A stretch of 64,000 bases of DNA, filler included, from Globobulimina sp. (Eukaryota): the NCBI GenBank assembly GCA_003354225.1. It is 9 parts of 9 records of this genome, joined end to end, with 100 filler letters (N's around TTAATTAATTAA, not from the genome) between each part and the next. Parts side by side here need not be neighbours in the genome. Positions count along the whole stretch, not along the records: positions 1 to 7,125 come from PIVH01000194.1; positions 7,226 to 14,343 come from PIVH01000195.1; 7 more parts are not named here. The stretch is one strand, 5' to 3'. The notes under the pieces are model-generated. The model was not told where the DNA came from, ran no database searches, and worked only from the letters and a program-made list of their open reading frames with translations. Positions 1-11,182 of this stretch are shown piece after piece. Positions within the stretch are counted from its first letter, which is position 1. The number at the start of each line of letters is the position of its first letter. Position numbers and translations under genes: made by a program.

Positions 1-1856
1 TTTCATCAAATATTTATTCGATATGTCCCGAGAATCAATCATATTCACCACGCTTAGACACGATTTCTTGATCTCAATCAAGGACAAAATCTCCAATATC
101 AAGGCTAAAAACTCATTTTTCGCCGCGGACAATAACGTCTTATTATAAAGCATATCGTAAATCAAATCCAAATCAATTTTGTTGCCTTTCTGGTCATTCA
201 AAATCACGGTACACACTAAATTTGCAATTTTCTCATAATTTTCCGCATCCCGCTTCAAAATATTCCCTTTCTGACTCAATCCACATAAAATCATCCGCTC
301 CGTGTCCCCATTGATCTCAATGTACTTATTCTGAACGAGATGGTCGCGGTTGAATTTGCGAACCAATTTCTTATCTGCTTTCGCGATCAGTTCCTGTTTA
401 CGTTTCTGTTTACTTTGCTTTTTCGTTTCTTTTGTAGGCTCCGTTACTTTCACTTTCTTCTCACTTTTTGCCGCTTTTTTCTTGCCACTTTCCTCAATCA
501 CATTGGTTTTTTTTTTGCCAGGTTTGGATTTGGAGGCTGCGGATGCGGCCTTTTTCTTTTTCTGTGCCTGTTCCTGTGCCAGCAACTCCATTTTATTCCG
601 TTCACTGTTACTCCGAGCAATATCTTTCTTAATTGCCTTATTCAACTCCTCCACGGTCTTTTCCTTGCGCATTCTCTGCGTTTTGGCATTGCGCAAACCG
701 GGAAAGGCAGTCTCCTCCGAAGCAGCCGCCGAGACACTCATTTTGCTGAACCTATTGCCCACACTCTTCGATGGAGCCTGCACAGGAAAAAAACACGCAA
801 TTTCGCACATGTACAGATATACAAATTAAGATTTTGCAAATACAGCAAAAACGAATGTTGATATACCTCGAATCTGACACTGTTTTCAGCCTTGTTCTCC
901 TCCATAATGCCGCTAAATCGATTATTCCTGCTGTATGACAGACGCGTGGTGCCATTGTCGATATTCTTCAACGCGGCGGCACCAAATCCACCGCCTGTAT
1001 TGAACTTGGACCTTACCACACATTACAAACACATTAGAATCGCATATAAGCGCAAGGATGCACATAAACAGACATACGTAGAGCTGCTACCTCCGCCGCC
1101 GCCATATTTGGAGCTAGGGCCGCCGCCAAATTTCGAGGCGCCATAGCGACTGCCATTGCCGCTGTTGCTGTCAGAGAAGGTGTTGTTTGAGCGAGAGCCA
1201 AAGGAAGTGCGTGAGAAGGAATTGGGCGGCGCGACAGCGGCGGTTTGAGACAGTGACTTGGAGCCAAAGGCATTGCGCCCGCTGCCAGAGCCTTGCGTCT
1301 CTGCGCGGCTGTTGCTGTTATTATTGTTGTTGCGCCATGGATTTATATTGGTGGAGGATATGGTGGAATTGAGCGAGATTTTGGGCTGTTCTTTTTTTTT
1401 GCTATTGCGCCAATTGCGGTCGTTCTCGGACGCGTTTAGGTCATCGGGCGTGTCGTTGGAAGGACTGCGAGTGTTGGCGGAGCGGAAGGAGTTGAATGAA
1501 GAGCCGGCGTTGCGGGGTGGGTTTCGATTGGAAGTGAATGAGTTGGAGTTGGAAGTGGAAGGTTGCGAGGCAGGGCCACGACGCCACGGACCACGGTCTG
1601 ATGCACTCTCTTCCTGTTTATCGCTATTGCCATAACCTCCGCGGTTGGAGCCGAAGCCGCCTCTGTCAAAACCGCCAGCACCGTACGAACGACGTGGGGC
1701 GATGGGGCTGCGTTATTATATTGTATTGGTTGTGTTTTTGTTTGTGTGTGTTTTGAGAGTGTAACGTAACGCTGCAATGGTTGGAAGCATTAAATCATCC
1801 TCTTTCCAGGTGACAGCTACTTTGTTGAATTTCGTCTTTTTGGATTTCTTACTCAT
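1..1856 (-). CDS. Multi-exon low-complexity (G/S/N/R-rich, then K-rich/helical) protein of unknown function, 3' end outside window
   Basis: ATG at 1856 (MSKKSKKTKFNKVAVTWKEDDLMLPT). GC-richer exons read GFDRGGFGSNRGGYG...SRYGASKFGGGPSSKYGGGGG, and a stop-free minus frame runs from ~780 to position 1. Exons are separated by short AT-rich introns; boundaries are approximate. Confidence 0.6.
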
Positions 1857-2063
1857 GTTTTTGTGTTTTGTGTTGTGTTGCTGTGAGGATTCGGTGGAGG
1901 GTTTTTGCTTCCTTTTTTTTTGGAGGGATATATGCTGATGAGTGAGGAGGTTTTTTTTTGATATTCCAAAAGATAACCCCCCTGGTCGTAAAATCCTAAA
2001 TAACACCAAAGCTCATGAAGGTCTCCACTTTTAACGTTAACACAATCAAAAACTGAAGTTGTG

Positions 2064-3245
2064 ATGTTTAATTCAGAGAAACTAGAAAATAAAGCATACA
2101 TTGCAGACAATACCAGCATTGATTTATCAACTGACGCATTTTTAGATGATGACTTTGATACAGATTTATATGGTGTATCGTTTACTGAATTGTTATGCAG
2201 TATTTCGCACACTGAGGAAGACACAATCATACATAAGAATGGATATAAAATACTACATCAACTGTACCAAATATCTAATATTGATACAGTCCATACTCAG
2301 TTATTTGAAGCAAAAGTGACAAAATTATCATTCAAACACGTTATACCTGGATCTTACGTTATAATCAAGAAAATAGACAAAGCTCTATTTCAGCAATATA
2401 TTGACGGCGATGCGGACTGTTGGAAAATTTCTGCGGAACAACATCTAATTAAACAGACGTTAACGTTAAAATATTTGACTGTGGATAATGAAATAAGTGG
2501 TGATTATATTGTGAAATTTGTAGATTATTTTCAGACAAATTGTCATTTTTATTTGGTTATACAGCATATTGAAAACACTTTGAGTTTAACACAATTTGTA
2601 GAAACTGCCCATAAATTAATCCATGGCAATAAGTTATCGCTAAAACGGTACATAAAATGCATTAAATGTATAATGTGGCAGTTGATTGGCACTATATATT
2701 GGATACACAATATGACGCATTGTATGTAATTTATCTGTAATATAATTCTCATATAAATTTATTACCATATTTTTTTTTGTACATTGTTTAATTTTAATAA
2801 TTCAGATTGTGCTTTGGATTTATGTTTAGATTATATTATGATTGAAAATGCAGATTTTATTCAAGAAAAGAATGGTTTATACCAAATCAATAGTGATGTA
2901 TCGATTAAGTTGAGTGAGTTAAATGTTATGCAATGTATTAAAAATAAAGTCGGTGGATTATCATCGCAGAAATCATCATTTAAAGCACAAGATATATGGT
3001 CATATGGAGTTACTTTCTTTTTCTGTCTGACTGGTAAGCCATTATTTAAAATACAAAACGCATATCAAGCATTAGTGAATAATACATTTTATCAATGTTT
3101 AGCAACAAATAATGTATTAAAATATCTTAAAAAAGGTGATTTATTCTCATTATTAAATAATTTATTAATTATTAATGAAGATAAACGATTCACTGCAACT
3201 CAAGTTATGCAGCACGAATCATTTAAATCATATTATAAGAATTAA
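2064..3245 (+). CDS. Divergent protein kinase-fold protein, probable pseudokinase (2 exons)
   Basis: VIIKKIDK, YIVKFVDYF, IMWQLIGTIYWIH, AQDIWSYGV..LTGKPLF, DKRFTATQVMQH. Intron 2722-2805 joins the two ORFs. HRD and DFG motifs are degenerate. Confidence 0.75.
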
Positions 3246-3515
3246 ATTTTTTATTTTTACTTAATTAAATTATACTCCATTTCGCATTTCATATATTATT
3301 TTAAATTGTTGTTTTTTGTTCTCGTCTGGTTGAAATATCACAAAAACAGAGTTAATTTTATCACAGAAACGGAGTTCACAACGACATGGATTTTTGTATT
3401 CTTGAAATGACAGCTCAACGTACTTCACTCCACTACATGTCAACACACTTTGTGATAAATTAATTAATTTCGATTTTGCAATTATATTTGGCACATTTGA
3501 CTTCAACAAATCATC

Positions 3516-3803
3516 ATGGCCTCAGGTACCGTCAATCTATATACCATATGTTATATACAACACTATATATACAAAGGCGTAATGTGTTTGGTCAATGCAA
3601 TTTATTGGTTAATATGTTTTATTTTATGTGTAATTTTTTTATATCCGTTGGCATGTTTCTTATATCTCATTTGCTCGATATTGGCAGTTTGTATTGATGG
3701 TTGTTCATCCATTGCAAATATAGCAAAGAAATGGTTAGATGCACCAGCAACATGTATGAAGAATTGTTGCAACGGAAGCAATATTTCATGTGATTGCCTA
3801 TAA
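3516..3803 (+). CDS. Small Cys-rich hydrophobic membrane protein
   Basis: ATG-initiated ORF with long hydrophobic stretch (AIYWLICFILCVIFLYPLACFLYLICSILAVC) and Cys-rich tail; may contain a short in-frame intron near the start. Confidence 0.55.
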   Translation: MASGTVNLYTICYIQHYIYKGVMCLVNAIYWLICFILCVIFLYPLACFLYLICSILAVCIDGCSSIANIAKKWLDAPATCMKNCCNGSNISCDCL

Positions 3804-4084
3804 CTTAACAACACTATTGTTGTAATTGTCGTAATTTTAATAATTTTTAATTATATTTATAGTTTTATCTTCTTCTTTTTTTTCAATTTTCTTCCTATCC
3901 TTGCACAGAAAAAACTGTTTTTTCTTTTTTTAGAAATAAACACAAACCATCAACAATCGTAATCATACATAGAAAAAAGAAAAATTAAAAATAATAGACA
4001 GCACAAAATGATTATTAGGTCATTAGGGATGAAAAAACAAAAAAACAAACACGAAAAAACAAAACTAAAAATTTCTCCAATTTT

Positions 4085-5243
4085 CTATGTCGGATATATG
4101 CTAACACAAAGTCTTTGGTCTTCAAATATCTGTTCAGGAAATATTGATTTTCCAGTACATTTAATATATATTTTCTTGACTGGGTTTTGTGATAAATATG
4201 TACATAATGCGCTGAGGGCATCATCATTAATTTTCGTACAAAATTCAATATCAATGGACCATAAGGGATGCTTATTATTTCTGGTTAGGAAATGAATGAG
4301 TAATTCGACGGATTGGTTGGAGATATCCGTTCTCCATAAATGCAAATGTGTTAAGGACGGACATTTCTTCTCAATCACATCCATTAACATCTTAAAACAT
4401 TCATCATTGAAATACTTATATGAATCAATACGTATTTCCTCCAAATATTGATATGTGACATCGTAGTTTAACATTTTCAAAAAGGAATTTTGTAATAAAA
4501 AATGAAACTTATTAAATGCAAGCAAATTCTTACAATTTGAGATGCACAATTTATGTAAATTATTATTTGTCGATATTATTAGACATAGCCATTGAATGTC
4601 ATTTAGATTTAAACCAAAATGGCTATCATTTTGTATAGTGATTGTATATTTATTATAGAAATCATCCCTTTCTTCCAATATTATGTCATGAATTATATAC
4701 TTTGTTGATATGGAGAGTGATTTCCAGTCATTCTTCTTTAAATATAGGTGATATTCATGCTTGTGTTGGGATAATATTTTGGGTTCTTGGTGTTCCAAAC
4801 ACCATCTCTTATGTAGCAATAATTAATATGGAGATATTTGTTAATTGTTACGCAAATTCGCAGGAATTAGTAACATAGCAACATACCAACAATGGATCGA
4901 GATAATTGCGCAGCAATGGTACGATATCCATTGGAAGTGTTTTGAATATCTGATGATGATAAATTCGTAGATATCCTTTAATTAACAGATCACAGCATGT
5001 TGTCCTTGAGATTGGATAAGCGTTTTGCATATTTAATATCATTGAAGAACCAACTTTAATATGATTTTTGTTTGATTTTGTGATTGTTGTATCATTTTTT
5101 GTCGTTACTTGATTATTGGCTTCCTTTTTTATTGTATCTGAGTGACTTCGCGTACGGGGCGATTTCTGATCGTGTTCAATATCCAATTGAATTGGTGATA
5201 TGGTATAAGTCATATTAGCAAAAGGCATTACCACTACGGACAT
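4085..5243 (-). CDS. RNI-like leucine-rich-repeat protein with N-terminal F-box/BC-box-like motif (2 exons)
   Basis: LHKLCISNC, LEEIRID, CPSLTHLHLWRTDISNQSV, LWSIDIEFCTKINDDAL. Intron 4808-4886 joins PLL to RWCLEH in frame. Confidence 0.7.
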
Positions 5244-5386
5244 ACGAGAGCTATCTTCACCAAAAACCTTCAACTTCAGATAATTGGCTATCGGCTTTTT
5301 CTTTTTTTTCAACTCAACGTAAACGTAATAAGAAATCCAAGCAAAAAGGAAAAAAAAACATATACACTACACATAAAAATCATGGC

Positions 5387-6839
5387 TCATTCTTTCTTCA
5401 TATCATCTTCATCATTAACATCGATATTATCCTGTTCCTCGGCAAAATAATCCTGCTTAAAATTATATTTATCCTGCATTTTAATCATATCATCCACCAT
5501 TTCATCGATATCATTCCTAGCTTTTCTTATCTTATTCTCCAAATCATGCAGCAACGCATTACACTCCGCTAACTGTTTCTGTTTTTTTTCCAATCTTTTT
5601 TTCAAAATTTTAATCTCTTTCATCATTGGCCGGACAATATCCAACAACTCGGAATATTTTATTTGACTCTTGACCCATTTCACCAATGGACCCGCCACTT
5701 TACTCGCTTTATTTGCTCGCTCTTCATTGAAATCTTGATGTTGTACGCATTTGTAACACTCCATTCTTCTCTTTTTCGTTAATTTCATAGTATCAAATTC
5801 CAATATGCTTGACACAAATTTAGGATTTGACAGTAACTGTTTCTTAATATCCCTCCAATCACTTACTTTTTTACCCAATATTAACGCAACTGCGGTCATT
5901 ACCAATTCAATTACACGCGGCGGCTTCTTCAATACCCGGATCTCGCTCAATTGTCCTGTCAATGGCAACAATTTACACAATATTTATGCAAAATAATTGT
6001 TACATGTGGTCTCGTGTAGTTTTTATGTGGTCATTCAGACAAAAAAATATCTGTATACTGGTATTACAACATAAGTGTGTACCTTTTGTGATGCCCAAAA
6101 CTAATTTTTTCGCGGCCTCCAATAAAGGTCTAGCTTCATTTAATTTGTCTTCACATTCTGTTGTTCGAATTTTAATTCTTCCAATTTCATTTTCGCATTC
6201 CTTGTTTAAACGAATTGAGTCTTCTCTTTTCTTCTTACAGTCACGTTCAAAGATTGTGATTTCTTTTAATGTTTCAACGCACACAAATTGTTGCCGTGAC
6301 AATTCGCGCCGTTTCTTCTCGAACTCAATCATTCGTTGTTCCTCTTTGTTATCGGAGGAAGCGCCCTCAATCCAACCCGCTGTCGCTAATGTTCGCACAA
6401 TGTGTTGTTTATCAATTTTTAAGCTGAGATTGGGATCACAGGCTAACGCATTGTCGGAAGTATCGTCGTCACTCTCTTGGATATGTTCCAATTGTGTTTG
6501 TAATAAACGGCTTTTTTTATCCATAGTCGTGTCAACATCATGCAATAATTTCGCTTCTCTTTCATTTAATTTGTTTCTGAAAACATTGAATATGGATTGA
6601 ATCTCGTTTTTGGTGGCGTTGCCATCGAGCGATAACTTTTCGTTTGCTTCGTTTATTAACGTTTCCAAGTCTTTCTCCTCAATTTTAGGCACTTCTGGTG
6701 GTGTAATTGTATTTTGATTCGACTGAATGGACTCTTTGGATTTGCTTTTTTTCCTTTTGGGATTTTTTTTTTTGGATTTTTTGTCTGATGTTGGTGTGGT
6801 TACCTTTTTGGACGATCCTGATTTTGCTTTTTTATTCAT
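5387..6839 (-). CDS. Stand-alone dynein heavy-chain stalk / microtubule-binding-domain protein (2 exons, ~440 aa)
   Basis: CEDKLNEARPLLEAAKKLVLGITK-GQLSEIRVLKKPPRVIELVMTAVALILG..DWRDIKK..ANKASKVAGPLVKWVKSQIKYSELLDIVRP matches the dynein CC1-MTBD-CC2 pattern. Intron 5956-6082; own ATG (6839) and stop (5387). Confidence 0.85.
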
Positions 6840-7125
6840 TGAATATCGTTTGGTTTGGGATGGAATGGCAAGCCTACTGATAAGAATCCAAAATATTTTT
6901 TTTTTGGGGGGGTACAATCAAAATTTTGTTTTAAACAGAACTGATTTTGTTTTTTACACCGCGTCTAAAAAAAAACCTACTTTGAAAAGTCGAGTCTACG
7001 CAAGTTATAATGGCTGAAGAAGAAAAATACGTTCGTCCAAACCAAATTGAGTTAACGACTGGACAATATAAACGAACTCCAATTCACAGCAGACGATCGA
7101 AAGAAAAACAATCGAATCCTATATA

Positions 7126-7225
7126 NNNNNNNNNNNNNNNNNNNNNNNNNNNNNNNNNNNNNNNNNNNNTTAATTAATTAANNNNNNNNNNNNNNNNNNN
7201 NNNNNNNNNNNNNNNNNNNNNNNNN
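7126..7225. other. Artificial contig linker (N44-TTAATTAATTAA-N44)
   Basis: Identical 100-nt linker recurs at 14344-14443, 21559-21658, 28773-28872, 35983-36082, 43183-43282, 50377-50476 and 57564-57663. Its core places stops in all six frames. Confidence 0.98.
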
Positions 7226-7411
7226 GGATGATGATGACAGAGAGAATGTCGACATTTCAAAATAAAGAATCAGCCTACGAAACAATAGCTTTCTGATGAA
7301 CGGAGAGTTACTGAGTTAGTGAAAAAAACTTTTTAAGTATTTTAAATCCATGTCTTGTGTATAAATATTTAAGCTATAACAAGAGTTTTGCCCGACGGCT
7401 GTCTACGCGTA

Positions 7412-8586
7412 ATGTGTCTAAAGTACATTAATAAACGCAATGCATTATTTGTTGCAGTGGCTGGATTTATTTTATCTTCGCTTTATTATTATAATGTGTA
7501 CACGTGCCCAACCTCTCTGTCTGTGGAATTAATTGAGAATAATGAGGCTGCGACACCCGCAATTATCTGCAATATCTTATTTCCAGATAGAGTTTGTTAT
7601 TTCCCTCATCACAAAACAGGCGTTATAGTAACCAGAGTGATATTTATGAGGACCATATTTGGTTCGTATTGTAAATATCACTCTACCCAATCAATAAAAT
7701 ATTTACGCTGCGTGGATAATAAAAAATCAATTGATATAGAAACGTCTCCATCGGAGATGAGAAAACTATCAATGTTGAATGTAACAAATAAGAATACGGC
7801 ATTGCTTTTCCATATGACGAGAGACCCTGTTTCCACAGTAATATCTGGCTATTATTATCATTTAACGGCCTCTGAAAGGTTCCTTAATGGCGACTATTCA
7901 AAGAAAAATATCAATCAAATGTACTCATTTTTTGGTGGACGCTATAAGAATACAACACAAATAAAGAATACTTTGCATTTTTTTATTTGGCAATACCAAT
8001 AATTTTCAGCTACACTGTTACTGATTGGAGCAATATAAATTTCTATGGCTTTACAGATTTTATTAAAAACAATATTATCATTAATGAATGCGAAACAAAG
8101 ATATTGCGTAAAACGGAAAAGGACAATGCATTGAAATGTGGTTTATATTTGGAAATGATGCGATATTTATTTGTTACTTTTATTGAACAATATGAATATT
8201 ACAATTTGTTAAATATCAAAAACAAAAAAACACTGCAAAAGTATGAACTCAAAATGGAAGATTTTATTACAAATTTTGATTTTAATGCTAACCAAATATT
8301 GTATGGTTTAAATATGATTGATTCCATCCAAAATAGACACAAATTAGCAAAATATTCAACAGCTATTAATATTAGTTTTGAGAGACAGAGTTTGTTTCGG
8401 CAAATTAAAAGGAGCGGAGATCCACATTCTGCTCAGAATGCAAAATCTCATCATATTCACATAGGAAGAAATAATTCAATCGCCATTGATGTATTACTAA
8501 CAGCAAATAATGCTTCCATTTGCCGTTTATTCAAATATATAACGCCTTTAATTGGTTATGTATGGAAATATACACAATATTGTTAA
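7412..8586 (+). pseudogene. Sulfotransferase-like type II membrane protein split by a frameshift near 7980-8000
   Basis: N-terminal TM anchor; FPHHKTG (5'-PSB-like) and TRDPVSTVISGYYYH (3'-PB-like). Continues in another frame (LKMEDF...) after a T-run. Confidence 0.55.
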
Positions 8587-8703
8587 CTTAAACCACGTGA
8601 CTTAAACTACTTAATTCTTGCGATGCTTAAGTTTTCCATTTGTGTGCCTTAGTTAGTACTGAAGTATAAAAACCTCAAAACATACACAATTCAGCACATA
8701 CAC

Positions 8704-10932
8704 ATGGAGTCTTCATATTATTCGTTATATAAGCTCAATAACAAACATTTGAACCAGAAGATTCAAAAAAAATTCAAAAATTCTCATAAAAAGAAAAAGA
8801 AATCTCAGTGGCAGTCTGCAAATAAAAGCAAATCATCCAATAAACAACAAGTACAGCAACAATGCATCAAATTAAAATACAAATCATCAGACATATTGGC
8901 CCTGAATGAATATATAAAACCAAACCCAAATTATGAACCGCCGCATATTACAACACACGCAAATTATTATCATCTCAAACAACTGTTGAAATATACAAAA
9001 AAGAAGAAAAGAAACAGAATTAATAAAAAAACATCTAAAAATAACACAAAACACAGTAATGACTGTAATGAATATAAATTATACAATGAAACATATTTAT
9101 TATCAAACAATAACTGTAAATGGATGAAATTCGCAAATGGCAAATTTTTCAACTCATCATTTTATATTTTTAACCGTGATGATGATATCCATTCCATTGA
9201 AATTATAAAAAGAGAACAACATCAAAATGTACGTTGCATCACATTTTTTTTGCAAAATCTGGTGGAAGAAATATACTCAGCTTCACATATTATTTTATCC
9301 CAAGATATTGCCTTTGTTATCGGCGAATTTTGCCGCGGATATTTAACAGAGAAATGTTATAATATAAAATGCAATAAATATGTAAACTTTTTCTACGAAG
9401 ATAGATACAATGAAAGCAATACATATTTTTCTTTATCGCATAACTTTGAAGAAAATAATATTGTTTATTGTTCAAATTGCTTTTCTGATGAAAACATTTG
9501 TGTTTTGAATAAATGTGAATGCGGTAAAACTGATTTTAATCATCAATTCAACAAATATCTGTGTTATAACTATACGGAGAATACATCCGAGACTATGATA
9601 ATTATCGACGAGTTTAAATGTGAATGTAATGGGCATAAATTACGATGTGGCCGACATTTAAAATGTAAACAATGCGGTTTAAGTCCGTGTAATGAGTGTG
9701 AGCTCTTTGGGTGGAATATTAACGAAAACGGTTTATGTTTAAAATGTGATGGGAAGCATGCATTGATTGAATGTGAGGGATGTTTTCATATTTTCGACGA
9801 AAAGAAAATGAATCGATGCATTTTATGCCAAACACGTTATTGTAATGGTGTAAAATGGAAAGAATTAAATCTAAACAAAGAAAAATTAAGTATTAAATAT
9901 GATGGATATTTGCGTGAATATGAATGTGAATGCAATGGATGGAAAGAAAAATATTTTGATGGTGCACATAATTTATGGCATCCATTATATGCGAAATGGA
10001 AAAGAAGAATGGAATTGAAAGCAATTAATAAATGTATTATTGATAAAAAGTTAAAATGTATCGAATGTAATGAGTTATTTGCAGTTTGTAATGAATGTGA
10101 TGTTTTTGATGAAGATAAGTTTATTATTTGTAATAAATGTTGGATACATAATAAAAAAGAATGTAATTTGTGTAATACAGAGCTTATTCAGTGCTATGAC
10201 GTCGATATAGATGATATTATTTGTGATGGATATAAAAAAAAGAAATTGGATAATATGATACAAAGAGAATGTATTGAATGTGATAAATGTTATGATATTT
10301 GTTCTGAATGTTATGATGGAAATTATGGGGACTTTTTTGGTTTGTTTTTATGTTCAAAATGCAAAGAAAATAATAAACGGAATTGTGTGTATTGTAATGA
10401 TGATTATTTTAATCATATTTTATGGGATAAAATAATGGGAAATAAAGGGGATAAATTTGCGCATTTTATGGATGATATAAAATGTAAAAATAAAAAATGT
10501 AAACGTTATGTCAATGATATTTGTAATAAGTGTTACGATTTAAATAAAGGAGAATGTGTTAAATGTGTAAATGATGGAATTTGCATTCAATGCAATGATA
10601 AAATAATGAATTATCATAAAAATAATGGATATCAATCATTATGTTATTTATGCTTTAATCAATTGCAACATTCATTTTTATTGAAACGAAATAGTTGTTT
10701 TAAGAGCAATGTAATTGATAAAAAATGGAAAAACAGTCGTTCTCAAAAGAAAAGAAAGGGTAATTTTATTAAAAAGAAACAAAGAAAAAGCAGATTAAAT
10801 AAAGATGGTAAATTTGTATATCACATTGAATATAATGGGAAAAATAAATATGAATTTGGAGCAATTACTGTTTCCTCAAAATGGAAAAAATATAAAAAAT
10901 CAAGCAATAAACGAAGATTTTTAACAAAATAA
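8704..10932 (+). CDS. Cys-rich protein with many CxxC pairs and Lys-rich termini
   Basis: 742-aa intronless ORF with about twenty CxxC motifs (CSNC, CKQC, CNEC, CLKC, CEGC, CILC, CIEC, CNKC...). Confidence 0.75.
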   Translation: MESSYYSLYKLNNKHLNQKIQKKFKNSHKKKKKSQWQSANKSKSSNKQQVQQQCIKLKYKSSDILALNEYIKPNPNYEPPHITTHANYYHLKQLLKYTKKKKRNRINKKTSKNNTKHSNDCNEYKLYNETYLLSNNNCKWMKFANGKFFNSSFYIFNRDDDIHSIEIIKREQHQNVRCITFFLQNLVEEIYSASHIILSQDIAFVIGEFCRGYLTEKCYNIKCNKYVNFFYEDRYNESNTYFSLSHNFEENNIVYCSNCFSDENICVLNKCECGKTDFNHQFNKYLCYNYTENTSETMIIIDEFKCECNGHKLRCGRHLKCKQCGLSPCNECELFGWNINENGLCLKCDGKHALIECEGCFHIFDEKKMNRCILCQTRYCNGVKWKELNLNKEKLSIKYDGYLREYECECNGWKEKYFDGAHNLWHPLYAKWKRRMELKAINKCIIDKKLKCIECNELFAVCNECDVFDEDKFIICNKCWIHNKKECNLCNTELIQCYDVDIDDIICDGYKKKKLDNMIQRECIECDKCYDICSECYDGNYGDFFGLFLCSKCKENNKRNCVYCNDDYFNHILWDKIMGNKGDKFAHFMDDIKCKNKKCKRYVNDICNKCYDLNKGECVKCVNDGICIQCNDKIMNYHKNNGYQSLCYLCFNQLQHSFLLKRNSCFKSNVIDKKWKNSRSQKKRKGNFIKKKQRKSRLNKDGKFVYHIEYNGKNKYEFGAITVSSKWKKYKKSSNKRRFLTK

Positions 10933-11053
10933 ATATTTTTCAATACAAACTTTTGTTTTGATGCGGTGTACGTTTATTTCTGCATTGTATTAAAAAAAAT
11001 AAATAAATTGAATTGATTTAATTTCGACAGATGTAATAATACAACGATTGTGG

Positions 11054-11166
11054 TGTGGTATATTGATCATATTGTACCCCCAAGACTAGCCCCCTACTAC
11101 TACTAATTCCTAATTTAGCTAAGCTACCTACTTCATCCCTTAGTCACAGATTCAAGGAATACCATA
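11054..11166 (+). repeat. Putative 5' LTR (113 bp)
   Basis: Begins TGTGGTAT and ends ATACCATA (7/8 terminal inverted match), 2 nt upstream of a TGG primer-binding site. No second LTR is visible to confirm. Confidence 0.55.
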
Positions 11167-11168
11167 AT

Positions 11169-11182
11169 TGGTGCGTCGACCG
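11169..11182 (+). other. Putative tRNA primer-binding site (tRNA-Gly-like)
   Basis: TGGTGCGTCGACCG directly follows the LTR end and resembles the complement of the 3' end of eukaryotic tRNA-Gly (TGGTGCGTnnnCCG). Confidence 0.55.

Noticed and set aside
340-1756. Plus-strand Phe/Leu-rich ORFs
   Set aside because: Antisense shadows of the Lys/Asn-rich minus-strand gene.
1-1856. eIF4B/eIF4G identity for the RGG-rich gene
   Set aside because: Only vague compositional similarity; no RRM or MIF4G motif recognised.
7170-7181. TTAATTAATTAA as a biological repeat or piggyBac target
   Set aside because: Always centred in N runs; an artificial six-frame stop linker.
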